DNA of 63,642 nucleotides, the filler included, from Nemertoderma westbladi (lineage: Eukaryota > Animalia > Xenacoelomorpha), in the NCBI GenBank assembly GCA_032718475.1. It is 3 parts of 3 records of this genome, joined end to end, with 100 filler letters (N's around TTAATTAATTAA, not from the genome) between each part and the next. Parts side by side here need not be neighbours in the genome. Positions count along the whole stretch, not along the records: positions 1 to 25,394 come from JAUCBJ010005939.1; 2 more parts are not named here. One strand, given 5' to 3'. Under the pieces are notes generated by a model, which saw only the letters and a program-made list of their open reading frames with translations, did not search any database and was not told the origin of the DNA. The position numbers and the translations under genes are program-made. Shown here one piece after another: positions 1-11,338 of the stretch (positions are counted from its first letter, which is position 1; every line of letters starts with the position of its first letter).

Positions 1-14
1 CAAAAGCTTTTACA
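1..14 (-). mobile_element. Terminal 14 bp of a further copy of the LTR-like repeat
   Basis: CAAAAGCTTTTACA is identical to the repeat terminus at 30793-30806 and nearly identical to that ending at 56421; sequence diverges immediately after. Confidence 0.55.
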
Positions 15-91
15 GTACTGGTGAGGTACATTGGATTAACTCCAATCAAATAGTATGTGTGGAGAGGGAAATTTGAATTGTCATTTCATAT

Positions 92-451
92 TGTACTGTG
101 TCAATATTTAAACTGTACTGTGTCAACATGAAAACTGAACTGTGTCAATATTATACTGTACTGTGTCAATATTTAAACTGAACTGTGTCAATATTATACT
201 GTACTGTGTCAATATTTAAACTGTACTGTGTCAATATTTAAACTCAACTGTGTCAATATTATACTGTACTGTGTCAATATTTAAACTGTACTGTGTCAAT
301 ATTTAAACTGTACTGTGTCAATATTATATTGTACTGTGTCAATATTATATTGTACTGTGTCAATATTATATTGTACTGTGTCAATATTATATTGTACTGT
401 GTCAATATTATATTGTACTGTGTCAAAATTTAAACTGAACTGTGTCAATAT
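92..451. repeat. Minisatellite, 21-22-bp unit (TGTACTGTGTCAATATTTAAAC / TGTACTGTGTCAATATTATAT), about 17 copies
   Basis: Directly visible tandem units. Confidence 0.95.
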
Positions 452-1035
452 TTTGTAATTTTTTTAAATATTGCAACCCCACTTCAAATATTGAATTTTG
501 AGCCAGATATGATGCCATATTACGTATGGTACCGGTAGCTGACAGACCCTGTTTATACAATTACTACTCTGCTACTGTACTATGATATGGCGAAACTGCT
601 GAACTGGATTGTGATGCCCCTTACTAGCTTATGCCTGTAGAAAATAAAATAAAATAGGCCTAGTTTTGAAAAAGTAAAGTTTTTTGTAAAATTCCCTGAA
701 ATATCAGTGTTTTCCCACGGAGACCGGCTAGTAGGCCTAACTGAATTTTGAAAAAAAAGTCTGAGTCTTTTCCCAGAATCCAGAAAGACCTGTTTTCGAG
801 CAAAAAAATTATATCCACAGGTACGGATTTGTGACATTACCCGCAATACTGCTACTGCTGTACTGCAATACAGCAATAGACTGGCAGGACTGGTAGAGGT
901 ACCGGTACCACTTAGCGGTCTGCTGACTTATTGTAGACTGTAGGTACAATTTTATCTTACAGTAATTCTGTGTGGAGCAGTGTAGTCGATGTCGGTACCG
1001 TATTGAGATGTCAATGCTTGGTCGACAAGGACAGT

Positions 1036-1041
1036 ATGTCG
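1036..1041 (+). CDS. NXT1: Putative first coding micro-exon (Met-Ser) of the NXT gene
   Basis: acagtATGTCG|gtaagt: ATG with -3 A and a perfect phase-0 donor; joining to 2285 gives MSNNFTEVVEQCCLAAEEF, matching the length of the NXT1 N-terminus ([20 protein letters not shown]). An alternative in-frame ATG exists at 2204. Confidence 0.5.
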
Positions 1042-2284
1042 GTAAGTTTTTTTTTATGTTCGGGCTCACTGTCACTGCAGCACTGGCAACTGCTGAACTG
1101 GCTGTACTGCTGTACTGCCAGACTGCAGTAACTCTCTGACTGTGTGTCTAGCTACCGGTACTGTACACTGTCTGACTGTAGGCCTATGCCTGCCTATCAG
1201 TTATAGGCCTAGTTAATTAGTTTAAGTTTATTTAATTAATTAATAATATTTAAAAAATTATATTATTAACAAATTAATAAGTTTAATTAAATAAATGGAT
1301 TTCTTTTTTAATTACGGGTATTACATGAACAATGTAAATTGATATTTACTAGGCCTAAACTCCGCACTCCGGTCTGTGAGTAAAAACATATACTGGTAAA
1401 ATATTCAGATATTAATGTAGCACAGGCTGACAGGGTATCACAGTATCAGTCTCTACCTGTCTACGGTCAGACGGATACGCGGTATCTTCAGCGCTCTGTG
1501 GGGTCTCCTTGAGTTTGTTGATAGCAGCGAGATTTTGTTGACCACTGTTACAGTTGTCCCATTGGTTCCTCCATTGGCTTTGGCTATCATTTCGGTGATT
1601 TCGATTGGTTTCGCCTCTTTCCACATCCAACTAACGATGTGGGTCTGGCTCTGGGTGCTCAAAGAGGCCGCCTGGAGAAGGTCCCGCCGTCGTTAGGATG
1701 GAAGCGGCATTATCTACGAGAATGGCTATACCGGTAGGCCTACCTTTTACCGATTCGTTGTAGAAGGAACCGGTGACTCGCGGTGAGAGCGGGGTTCGTG
1801 GGGAACTCTCTGCAGACGGGAACCAATCTCATGGAGGAAGTTGGAGGTCTCCGGGCCGGGGCGACCCAAGGTTTCAAAGGCCACTGGGACGGGATGGAAG
1901 ATGTGGCCTCACTCATCACCTCGTTGTAGGTGGTATTTTGCCACGTTCTGCTCCCTCCACGGTGCGCCCTCCAGCAATTAGCGTCTGGTGCAAATGGCTT
2001 GGTGCCATAAGTGTAATTAATGAAATAATGGTCAAAATTCCGCTAAATTGCTTAGATTATGATATGAATTAGGGTTCAGGGTGCAATGGTCTGATGGTTA
2101 GGCAGTTAGGGTTAGGGTTACATGACAGTTTTGATTAGGGTTGTGGACTGGGACTCGGGACTGCAGATAACGGTAGGCCTACCGGTATAAAATATATTCA
2201 GAAATGATGAAAAAATTTCAAGTTGGCATGTGTCAAAGTAATTATTCTACCGTTTACTGGTTTATTTGTATTACGTCGTTACAG

Positions 2285-2374
2285 AATAACTTTACGGAGG
2301 TAGTCGAACAATGTTGCCTAGCTGCTGAAGAATTCTCAACGATATTTTATGAAACTTACGATCAACGTCGTCAT
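2285..2374 (+). CDS. NXT1: NTF2-related export protein (NXT/p15), coding exon 2
   Basis: ttacag|...|gtaagt, 90 bp, phase 0; translates NNFTEVVEQCCLAAEEFSTIFYETYDQRRH, resembling NXT1 '[24 protein letters not shown]'. Confidence 0.9.
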
Positions 2375-2595
2375 GTAAGTTAATCTGACTTTATTATGTT
2401 ATTGGTAATGAGTCTAGGGGGTCATTCAGACATTGGAGGCTGAGAGGGTACTGGTAGAGCGACTCCAAATGATGGATTTCTTTCCCAAATTGCTTTTAGG
2501 ATGTTGGGGGTTTCATTGAATTACGGCGACACTATCTGACTATTAAGGGATATTGTGTATCATTATATAATAATTTAGCGCTTTATCCGTTTCAG

Positions 2596-2751
2596 TTGTT
2601 ACACAAGTTTTACACCGCCGACGCTTCGGTTATTTGGTGCGGCAATAAGGTTGCCAACGGTGGATTGAGTAAGTTCCTGGAAGCTCTACCCCCTTCCACA
2701 CACACACTGTTTACGTTGGATGCCCAACCGGTATCCAAAGAGATTACTGAG
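2596..2751 (+). CDS. NXT1: NXT/p15, coding exon 3
   Basis: tttcag|...|gtcagt, 156 bp, phase 0; LLHKFYTADASVIWCGNKVANGGLSKFLEALPPSTHTLFTLDAQPVSKEITE resembles NXT1 'LLSRLY...LVWNGN...FFEMLPSS...DCQPV'. Confidence 0.9.
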
Positions 2752-2926
2752 GTCAGTAACGTGTGATTGTAACCAATTAATATTGTTATTAATTAATTAG
2801 AGCCAGTCAAATAATCTATTCTGTAGAAAATGTTTCATTATTATATTGACCTGTCTAGCGAACGGCTAGATGTATTATATTGACCTTTAATGACCCATAT
2901 TCTTGGTTATGTATTTTACTTACGGA

Positions 2927-5678
2927 CCTACTACACCCACGAACCATCCTACCAGAAGTGTCTCCCTGCTACACCCACGAACCATCCTACCAGAAGTGTC
3001 TCCCTACTACACCCACGAACCATCCTACTACAGTGTCTCCCTACTACACCCACGAACCATCCTACTACAGTGTATCCCTACTACACCCACGAACCATCCT
3101 ACCATAAGTGTCTCCCTACTACACCCACGAACCATCCTACCAGAAGTGTCTCCCTACTACACCCACGAACCATCCTACCATAAGTGTCTCCCTATTACAC
3201 CCACGAACCATCCTACTACAGTGTCTCCCTACTACACCCACGAACCATCCTGCCAGAAGTGTCTCCCTACTACACCCACGAACCATCCTACCATAAGTGT
3301 CTCCCTACTACACCCACGAACCATCCTACTACAGTGTCTCCCTACTACACCCACGAACCATCCTGCCAGAAGTGTCTCCCTACTACACCCACGAACCATC
3401 CTACCATAAGTGTCTCCCTATTACACCCATGAACCATCCTACTACAGTGTCTCCCTACTACACCCACGAACCATCCTGCCAGAAGTGTCTCCCTACTACA
3501 CCCACGAACCATCCTGCCAGAAGTGTCTCCCTACTACACCCACGAACCATCCTACCAGAAGTGTCTCCCTACTACACCCACGAACCATCCTACTACAGTG
3601 TCTCCCTACTACACCCACGAACCATCCTACCATAAGTGTCTCCCTATTACACCCACGAACCATCCTACCAGAAGTGTCTCCCTGCTACACCCACGAACCA
3701 TCCTACCAGAAGTGTCTCCCTGCTACACCCACGAACCATCCTACCATAAGTGTCTCCCTACTACACCCACGAATCATCCTACCATAAGTGTCTCCCTACT
3801 ACACCCACGAACCATCCTGCCAGAACTGTCTCCCTACTACACCCACGAACCATCCTACCATAAGTGTCTCCCTACTACACCCACGAACCATCCTACCAGA
3901 AGTGTCTCCCTACTACACCCACGAACCATCCTACCAGAAGTGTCTCCCTACTACACCCACGAACCATCCTACCATAAGTGTCTCCCTATTACACCCACGA
4001 ACCATCCTACTACAGTGTCTCCCTACTACACCCACGAACCATCCTGCCAGAAGTGTCTCCCTACTACACCCACGAACCATCCTACCATAAGTGTCTCCCT
4101 ACTACACCCACGAACCATCCTACTACATTGTCTCCCTACTACACCCACGAACCATCCTGCCAGAAGTGTCTCCCTACTACACCCACGAACCATCCTACCA
4201 TAAGTGTCTCCCTATTACACCCATGAACCATCCTACTACAGTGTCTCCCTACTACACCTACGAACCATCCTGCCAGAAGTGTCTCCCTACTACACCCACG
4301 AACCATCCTGCCAGAAGTGTCTCCCTACTACACCCACGAACCATCCTACCAGAAGTGTCTCCCTACTACACCCACGAACCATCCTACTACAGTGTCTCCC
4401 TACTACACCCACGAACCGTCCTACCATAAGTGTCTCCCTATTACACCCACGAACCATCCTACCAGAAGTGTCTCCCTGCTACACCCACGAACCATCCTAC
4501 CAGAAGTGTCTCCCTGCTACACCCACGAACCATCCTACCATAAGTGTCTCCCTACTACACCCACGAACCATCCTACCATAAGTGTCTCCCTACTACACCC
4601 ACGAACCATCCTACCATAAGTGTCTCCCTACTACACCCACGAATCATCCTACCATAAGTGTCTCCCTACTACACCCACGAACCATCCTGCCAGAACTGTC
4701 TCCCTACTACACCCACGAACCATCCTACCATAAGTGTCTCCCTACTACACCCACGAACCATCCTACCAGAAGTGTCTCCCTGCTACACCCACGAACCATC
4801 CTACCATAAGTGTCTCCCTACTACACCCACGAACCATCCTACCAGAAGTGTCTCCCTGCTACACCCACGAACCATCCTACCATAAGTGTCTCCCTACTAC
4901 ACCCACGAACCATCCTATCATAAGTGTCTCCCTACTACACCCACGAACCATCCTACCATAAGTGTCTCCCTACTACACCCACGAACCATCCTACCATAAG
5001 TGTCTCCCTACTACACCCACGAACCATCCTACCATAAGTGTCTCCCTACTACACCCACGAACCATCCTACCAGAAGTGTCTCCCTGCTACACCCACGAAC
5101 CATCCTACCAGAAGTGTCTCCCTACTACACCCACGAACCATCCTACTACAGTGTCTCCCTACTACACCCACGAACCATCCTACTACAGTGTCTCCCTACT
5201 ACACCCACGAACCATCCTACCATAAGTGTCTCCCTACTACACCCACGAACCATCCTACCAGAAGTGTCTCCCTACTACACCCACGAACCATCCTACCATA
5301 AGTGTCTCCCTATTACACCCACGAACCATCCTACTACAGTGTCTCCCTACTACACCCACGAACCATCCTACCATAAGTGTCTCCCTACTACACCCACGAA
5401 CCATCCTACTACAGTGTCTCCCTATTACACCCACGAACCATCCTACTACAGTGTCTCCCTACTACACCCACGAGCCATCCTACTACAGTGTCTCCCTACT
5501 ACACCCACGAACCATCCTACCAGAAGTGTCTCCCTATTACACCCTCGAACCATCCTACCAGAAGTGTCTCCCTACTACACCCACGAACCATCCTACCAGA
5601 AGTGTCTCCCTACTACACCCACGAACCATCCTACCAGAACTCCCTACTACACCCACGAACCATCCTACCATAAGTGTC
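2927..5678. repeat. Minisatellite, 37/38-bp unit (CCTACTACACCCACGAACCATCCTACCAGAAGTGTCTC), about 73 copies, in NXT intron 3
   Basis: Visible tandem array; variant pattern recurs at a 794-bp offset (e.g. ORF starts 3184/3978 and 3297/4091). Confidence 0.97.
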
Positions 5679-5684
5679 ATAAGA

Positions 5685-6310
5685 TGCCCAGTCCCCTTCC
5701 GAATCGATGGCGGAAGTCCAGTTCCCTTTCGATTCAAAGGCGGACGTCCGGTTACCTTCTGATCGACGATGGATGTCCAATTCCCTTCCAAATCGATGGT
5801 GGAAGTCCAGTTCCCTTTCGATTCAAAGGCGGACGTCCGGTTACTTTCTGGATCGACGATGGATGTCCAATTCCCTTCCGAATCGACAGCAGACTTCCAA
5901 TTATCTTCCGAGTCGACGACGGGCGTCCGGCTCCCTTCTGAATCATCGGCCAATGTCCAGTTCCCTTCCTCATCGACAGCGGACGTCCGGTTCCCTTCCG
6001 AATCGTCGGCCGATGTCCGGTTCCCTTCTTTATCAACAGCGGAAGTCCGGTTCCCTTCCGAATCGTCTACTGATGTCTGGTTCCCTTCCTTACCGACAGC
6101 GAATGTTCGGCTCCCTTCCGAATTGACTACGGACGTCTGGTACCCTTCTGAATCGACAAAGGACGCCAACTTTCCTTCGGAATCGACAGCGGACTTCCGG
6201 CTCCCTTCAGTATCAATGGCAGACATGCGGTTCCCTTCCAAATCGACGGCAGATGTCCGGTTACCTTCAAAGTCAACGGCAGATGTCCGTTTCCGCCCCA
6301 AATTGATGGA
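5685..6310 (+). repeat. Degenerate 30-bp repeat encoding FPSESTADVR-like decapeptides
   Basis: About 20 diverged units within ORF 5769-6632; the peptide repeat is retained despite nucleotide divergence. Confidence 0.85.
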
Positions 6311-7604
6311 GGATGTCCATTTATCTAAGTTCCCATCACCATCAATGGAAGAAGATGCACTGTTAAATCTATCCAACATTACACCGATTTACAGTTCATC
6401 AAGTAGGTCTCCATATATTCCCCAAGGTCGCACAATAGGTAAGCAGCCACAGAGGAAATGTTCAACCAAAGTCTTAGTTGAAGATCTCAATGAGGAGGGA
6501 AAATGGGTTAAAAGAGCAAATACAACAACCCCTAATGCCAACAGCACCAATAATATTCAAAATGAAGAGGAATACATCCATGTCTACCCTGATATCGGCG
6601 TTATAGGCGGTATATATATATATAGGCGGTAACCTACATATCAGCGGTATGCAATATTTCAATAACACCATTAATTTTATTTCCTGACTGTGATGGGACT
6701 CATTTCGTTCTTCACGTTGCGGATACAACTGAAAGGAGAGTATACACTCTATGCAGTCTAATGCAATCTAAATCAACTACTCCAATAAATTATAAACTGT
6801 GCAGATTATTAAATCTAATTGACAAAATCAATGGCAGTACTCGGGAGAATTGGTGTGTAACAAGTCATACATCGGAATATCCACAACAGAGTACATCAAA
6901 CTACTATGACTGCTGGGCCTATGTTTGTTTGTATGCCCAAGTCCTTAGTGAAGGAGAGCCTGTGCCTCAAATTCATAGTAACAGTTATGAATTGCGGAAG
7001 TGGATCAAATCATGTCTAGAAAATGTAAAGGTAACCAAACTTTCCGATGTTACGAGTAAACCTCAAGTACACAAAAATGAGATTAAACTTATAAGTATTA
7101 AACAACCAGATAATATTAATAAACATGTAAAGAAGGAGTCCTTCGGAACTCCACTAGACTATACAACAATATATGAAGTCATGCAAAGACCAAGGAATGA
7201 GGTAATAACATTAATTTCCACATTGACAGAGAAACAAAGAGAAGCGACAAGTAATGGACTCAATGACAAAATAAAACACCTGATTTCCCCAACACAAGCA
7301 ATGACACTAAAGCTCAGGCAGCGAGGTTCCAAAAATGAATTAGCTATTGATATATATGAACTAATGCGATCAGTCTTTGAAAATTCTTTCACGGAACAAT
7401 GCAGGATGCGGTTCAAATATGAAGAACCATCCACAAACGGAGATGTGGTGTCACAGTTACGATCTGAGGTCTTGAGCTCAATCAGTTGTTTGCAAACAAG
7501 AATTTGTCAACTTGAAACAGATTACAATCTTTTGCAACAGGCCAATGAATTGTTGCATGCAGAGTTAACACGTTCGTGGGGACTTCGCGCAGCACGAGGC
7601 CTAG
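5769..7604 (+). mobile_element. Disrupted ORF with a Ulp1/SENP-like (C48) cysteine protease domain, probably transposon-borne, ending in a Helitron-like terminus
   Basis: The frame of ORF 6761 is open from 6626 and reads PLILFPDCDGTHFVLHVADTTERRVYTLCSL...PQQSTSNYYDCWAYVCLYA (C48 motifs P-x-N/D-x-H[WF] and PQQ-x-DC). TCGTG/CACGA hairpin followed by CTAG|T at 7601-7605. Confidence 0.6.
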
Positions 7605-7831
7605 TTATTATATACAAATTAAAATGCAGCGACTGTATCACAAAATCAGGTTTTGAGAAATTTACCCACACCACCAATCAATCAAAGAAAGGTGGACAGT
7701 ACGTGTTCACCCCTTTTAATCTCCCCCCCCCCCCCCCCCCCACCCTTCCCAACCACCAATACATAACCGCGACATCTACCACCCACGGAAGGGTAGCACG
7801 AACTTATTTCCAATCGCACGTTAAATATGCA

Positions 7832-8115
7832 AAGCCAGGTGGTTTATAGGAATATAATAAACGCAGTACTCGTTTTCATTATAAGCCTCTTTGCGTTCGT
7901 CCTGTTTTGTATTTAAATATATTTCTTAAACGCATGCTAGGACGATCTTTATAATAATAATAACTAGGGATGCGATCAATATGTGAAGCCAGGTGGTTTA
8001 TATAATAATTTAGTCAACGCAGTACTCGTCTACATTATATGCCTCGTTGCGCTCGTCGCTTGTCCTGTTTTGTCATAAAATATTTTTCCTAAACGCAGAC
8101 TGACGATCTTTATAC
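7832..8115. repeat. Diverged tandem duplication, about 155-bp unit
   Basis: AAGCCAGGTGGTTTATA...ACGCAGTACTCGT...GTCCTGTTTTGT...GACGATCTTTATA at about 7832 and 7986. Confidence 0.8.
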
Positions 8116-8854
8116 AGTTATAACTATGCGAAGTTTCGAAACTGTGCGAGTAACTGTTGATACATCTATGTGGAGATGTGTGATATGTGGAGATGTGTGA
8201 TACAACGCCAACGCATCTTATGCCGATGTAGTAATATGGGTATTGAAATAATATTAAATCAATGTACACTCTTAAAGCTGCAGCGAAAAAATGTAGCTAA
8301 TTTCCTAGGTTACATATAAAATAATAATATTATTTTTAAGAACATTAATTTTACTACTTTGCAAAAATTCAATTAAAAAATAACCAGACATATACATTGT
8401 GGAATAAACTATTTCAGAAGCCTACAACAGCCATGCCATGGATTGTATTTATGTTATTATATCTGTCATTTAACTGAGATAGCAATAGTAGTAATAGTCG
8501 AACGGTTATGCGGCCCGTCCAGCCTATAATAAACACAATTCAGTGATTGGGCTGGAATAGCAATACTGGTAGCCTCTATTACAATTCCTCTCAGGTTATT
8601 CTACAGCCACAACTCCCAGCAGCTAGCTCCACACCAGCAGAGACTTGACCAATAATGGGAAGGATTAAATTTGTACTCAATAATTGTGCGGTTTAATTAC
8701 GTTTAGATCAATTAAAGAGACATTTATTAAAGCAAATCACTTAAACTAATTAAAAACTATAATAGAATGGCGTATGGGGATTATATCTGTATAATTTTTA
8801 AGTATAATTATTTAAATCTTATACTGTAAAACAATTAATTTCCTTTAAAAGGCA

Positions 8855-9110
8855 GGTTGAAAATGGCGTTTTCACCGCAATCAACTTAATTAACTAATTA
8901 ACTGCTATTATCTTAGCTTCTCGAAGGCCACACGGAAATTCTACTTGGAAAATTTCTAAACTTTTGCCAAACAACATGTGTACCAAGTTTGGATAGATTT
9001 CATCAAAGATTGGCCGAGTTATTAACGTTTAAAATTGAACACGACAGAACGACAGGTTGATTAATGGTACCACTACGCTAAGGCTCACTCACTTCGTGGC
9101 TCGCCCCACA
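8855..9110 (+). mobile_element. Possible non-autonomous Helentron/HINE-like fragment
   Basis: TGTACCAAGTTT motif, GACAG-type microrepeat and a GC-rich terminal segment (CTCACTTCGTGGCTCGCCCC); pattern recognition only. Confidence 0.3.
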
Positions 9111-9119
9111 CATGAACGA

Positions 9120-10607
9120 CATATTCGAATGATTATACAAGAAGACATATCTGCAAATTAATAAAACCAATTTAGGAATCGAAAATAGAAAAAGTACCAA
9201 GGTACAAGGCTCTACTCCACCACAGGCACGCAGTGCTCAACAATCTACAACAATTAAGGAAGTCACAACAGATATTGGCAACGAAGACAACTATTTAATA
9301 TTGGAAGAAACAACAATGTCAGACTCATCATTGGATTTAAACTCCAAATTTAGAATACAATCAAAAAGGGTTAGAAATAAAAATAGAAAGAAACATAATA
9401 CGAGGGCCTCGGCACGCCCCTGGCCGAGGCCTGGGTGGCCTGGTAGACCTGGCCTCGGTGGCCCCTGGGTCCACACAAATTCCCACACTTCACGAGTGGC
9501 TACAGGTAACAGGTTCAAAGTATTGGAAACGGCAAATGTAAATGAAATGGAGAACGATGGTAACACATTGAATACTAATTTAAAATCTCAAAACATTAAA
9601 GAATCGCATAAAGATATTGAAGGACAGGAAAATAATCAAGAACAAAAGATGCAATGGATGCCAAAAAATGAAATTCCAACTGATACAAAGGAATGGAAAA
9701 CTAAAATGATAGGAAACTCTATAGATGAAGTAAGTTTGATAACATTGGAGCAAACATTGTGTTCATCGTTCAAAACAGAATTAGATAGCTGTAATATAAA
9801 ACCAAATGTTCCTAATGAAGGGAAAACCCTAAAGAGGCCAGCCAAACAACAAGAATATCAATACCCTCAAAAGTATAATACTAACATAAAGAAGCAACAA
9901 GGATCAATGAACCCTATAACATAGTGCGGACTCACATAGATATGAGGCAACCCTTATAAAGGGGATACATAGGAAGTACAGTGAGGAGGACATTGTTGAT
10001 CACCTCCATAGAAATGGAATTCCAGTGTATAGAATTACCACTAGAATATATAATGACGCTAAAAACATGAAAGTTGTGGTTCGGAATAAATTTTCTGATA
10101 GTCTATTGAAGAAAAATCTCTTTGGAGATGGGATTGGAGTGGAGCGCTGGGATTATAAATACAACCATAAGCGCTCGAATGTAAGGCCACATTCCTAACA
10201 TTGAAGTAGCCCAAAAGGAGCCCAGAACAGAAAATCTAACAGAAACGGGCAATTGTAATACGAAATCAACTACTACAAATAAATCAACAAAAAAATCATT
10301 AAGGATTGGTACATTTAACTGTCATGGAATTATTGGAAATATGGAATACTTTAGAACGGTTTTAGGGAATCTGTATTTATTCGCAATTCAGAAACATTGG
10401 TTAGATGAACAAGAAAATTTTCACAGTGTATCCAAAAATATAGTGGACGACTTTCAAAGCATTTATACAGTGAGCGATAAGATGAGCTTAAGGAGGGGAG
10501 TAGGTGGTACAGCGCTCTTCTACAGGAATGGAATCTTTGGCAGTATAGTGGATGTTAAATCGGGAGATGACATATCAGGAATACGTACAACATACGGAAT
10601 ATTTTAA
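9120..10607 (+). mobile_element. 5' part of a CR1/L2-group LINE: ORF1 (frameshifted near 9920) plus start of ORF2 APE endonuclease, 3'-truncated
   Basis: ORF1 motif TGNRFKVL; RRM-like segment 9941-10198 (LIKGIHRKYSEEDIVDHLHRNGI...MKVVV...GIGVERW); APE start SLRIGTFNCHG...IQKHWL...GVGGTALFY. Confidence 0.75.
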
Positions 10608-11173
10608 CATCAATTAAATATTTTTTATTAATATCTGTTTGTTTTATATTGTACCGTCATTTTTAATTTGGACTTTTATTCTATTGATAAATAAATGCCA
10701 GTGCAACTGGTTTGCGCTCCTGTGCGCGAGTAAAAAAATATACCATATTTTTTTTGATTTTCATTGTTATAGCTGAAATATTTAACAAAATGTGTAAATT
10801 TTTGGCCAAAAATGGCAAAATCTGTTAAAATTTGGCCAAAAAATCAGTTTTTTTAAAAATAATTTCTGAACACAAACATTTATCAAAATTCTGGTAGTAG
10901 GATCGATTTACGATGTCATTGTGCACATATGATGAATTTAATAGTCCCCCCCCCCCCCCCCCCCCCCCATTAAAACGAGCTATAATATCAATAGAAATAT
11001 TTCAGCATGGCAAAAATCATTTTAAAACGATCAATAAATATAACTCGTATTATATTATTGAATATTGATACAAAATGTGTGCCATAGTTAGTTATGTAGC
11101 TCATTACAGCTCTATTTGGCTCTTCTCCTAGTAAAGCTAGTTTAATCGGTTTCGAATTCTTTATTTTATTTAG

Positions 11174-11332
11174 GGAGTTTCAACAATATTTGTAACTTGT
11201 GGCGGAAGTGCTAATTACCAAGGTCATCCGGTCACTGAGTTCAACGAGACATTCATTCTCACGAAGATCGATAACGTTTGGAAGATAATGAACGATTGTA
11301 TGCGACTGAGGAACATTCCTTCCTTGTCGTGA
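11174..11332 (+). CDS. NXT1: NXT/p15, terminal coding exon (complete protein about 136 aa)
   Basis: ttttatttag| phase 0; GVSTIFVTCGGSANYQGHPVTEFNETFILTKIDNVWKIMNDCMRLRNIPSLS* resembles NXT1 'TVLVVICGSVKF...FNQNFILT...VWKIASDCFR'. Confidence 0.9.
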   Translation, partial: GVSTIFVTCGGSANYQGHPVTEFNETFILTKIDNVWKIMNDCMRLRNIPSLS

Positions 11333-11338
11333 GTCGAT

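Noticed and set aside
1412-2072. GC-richer block with short ORFs in NXT intron 1
   Set aside because: No recognisable domain and stops in all frames; possibly a decayed TE.
2069-2145. TTAGGG telomere-like units
   Set aside because: Only a few scattered copies within an intron.
2880-5762. Many overlapping ORFs (SPYYTHEPSY/PTTPTNH repeats) and a CRISPR-like look
   Set aside because: Translations of a 37/38-bp satellite that cycle through frames; no unique spacers and no cas genes.
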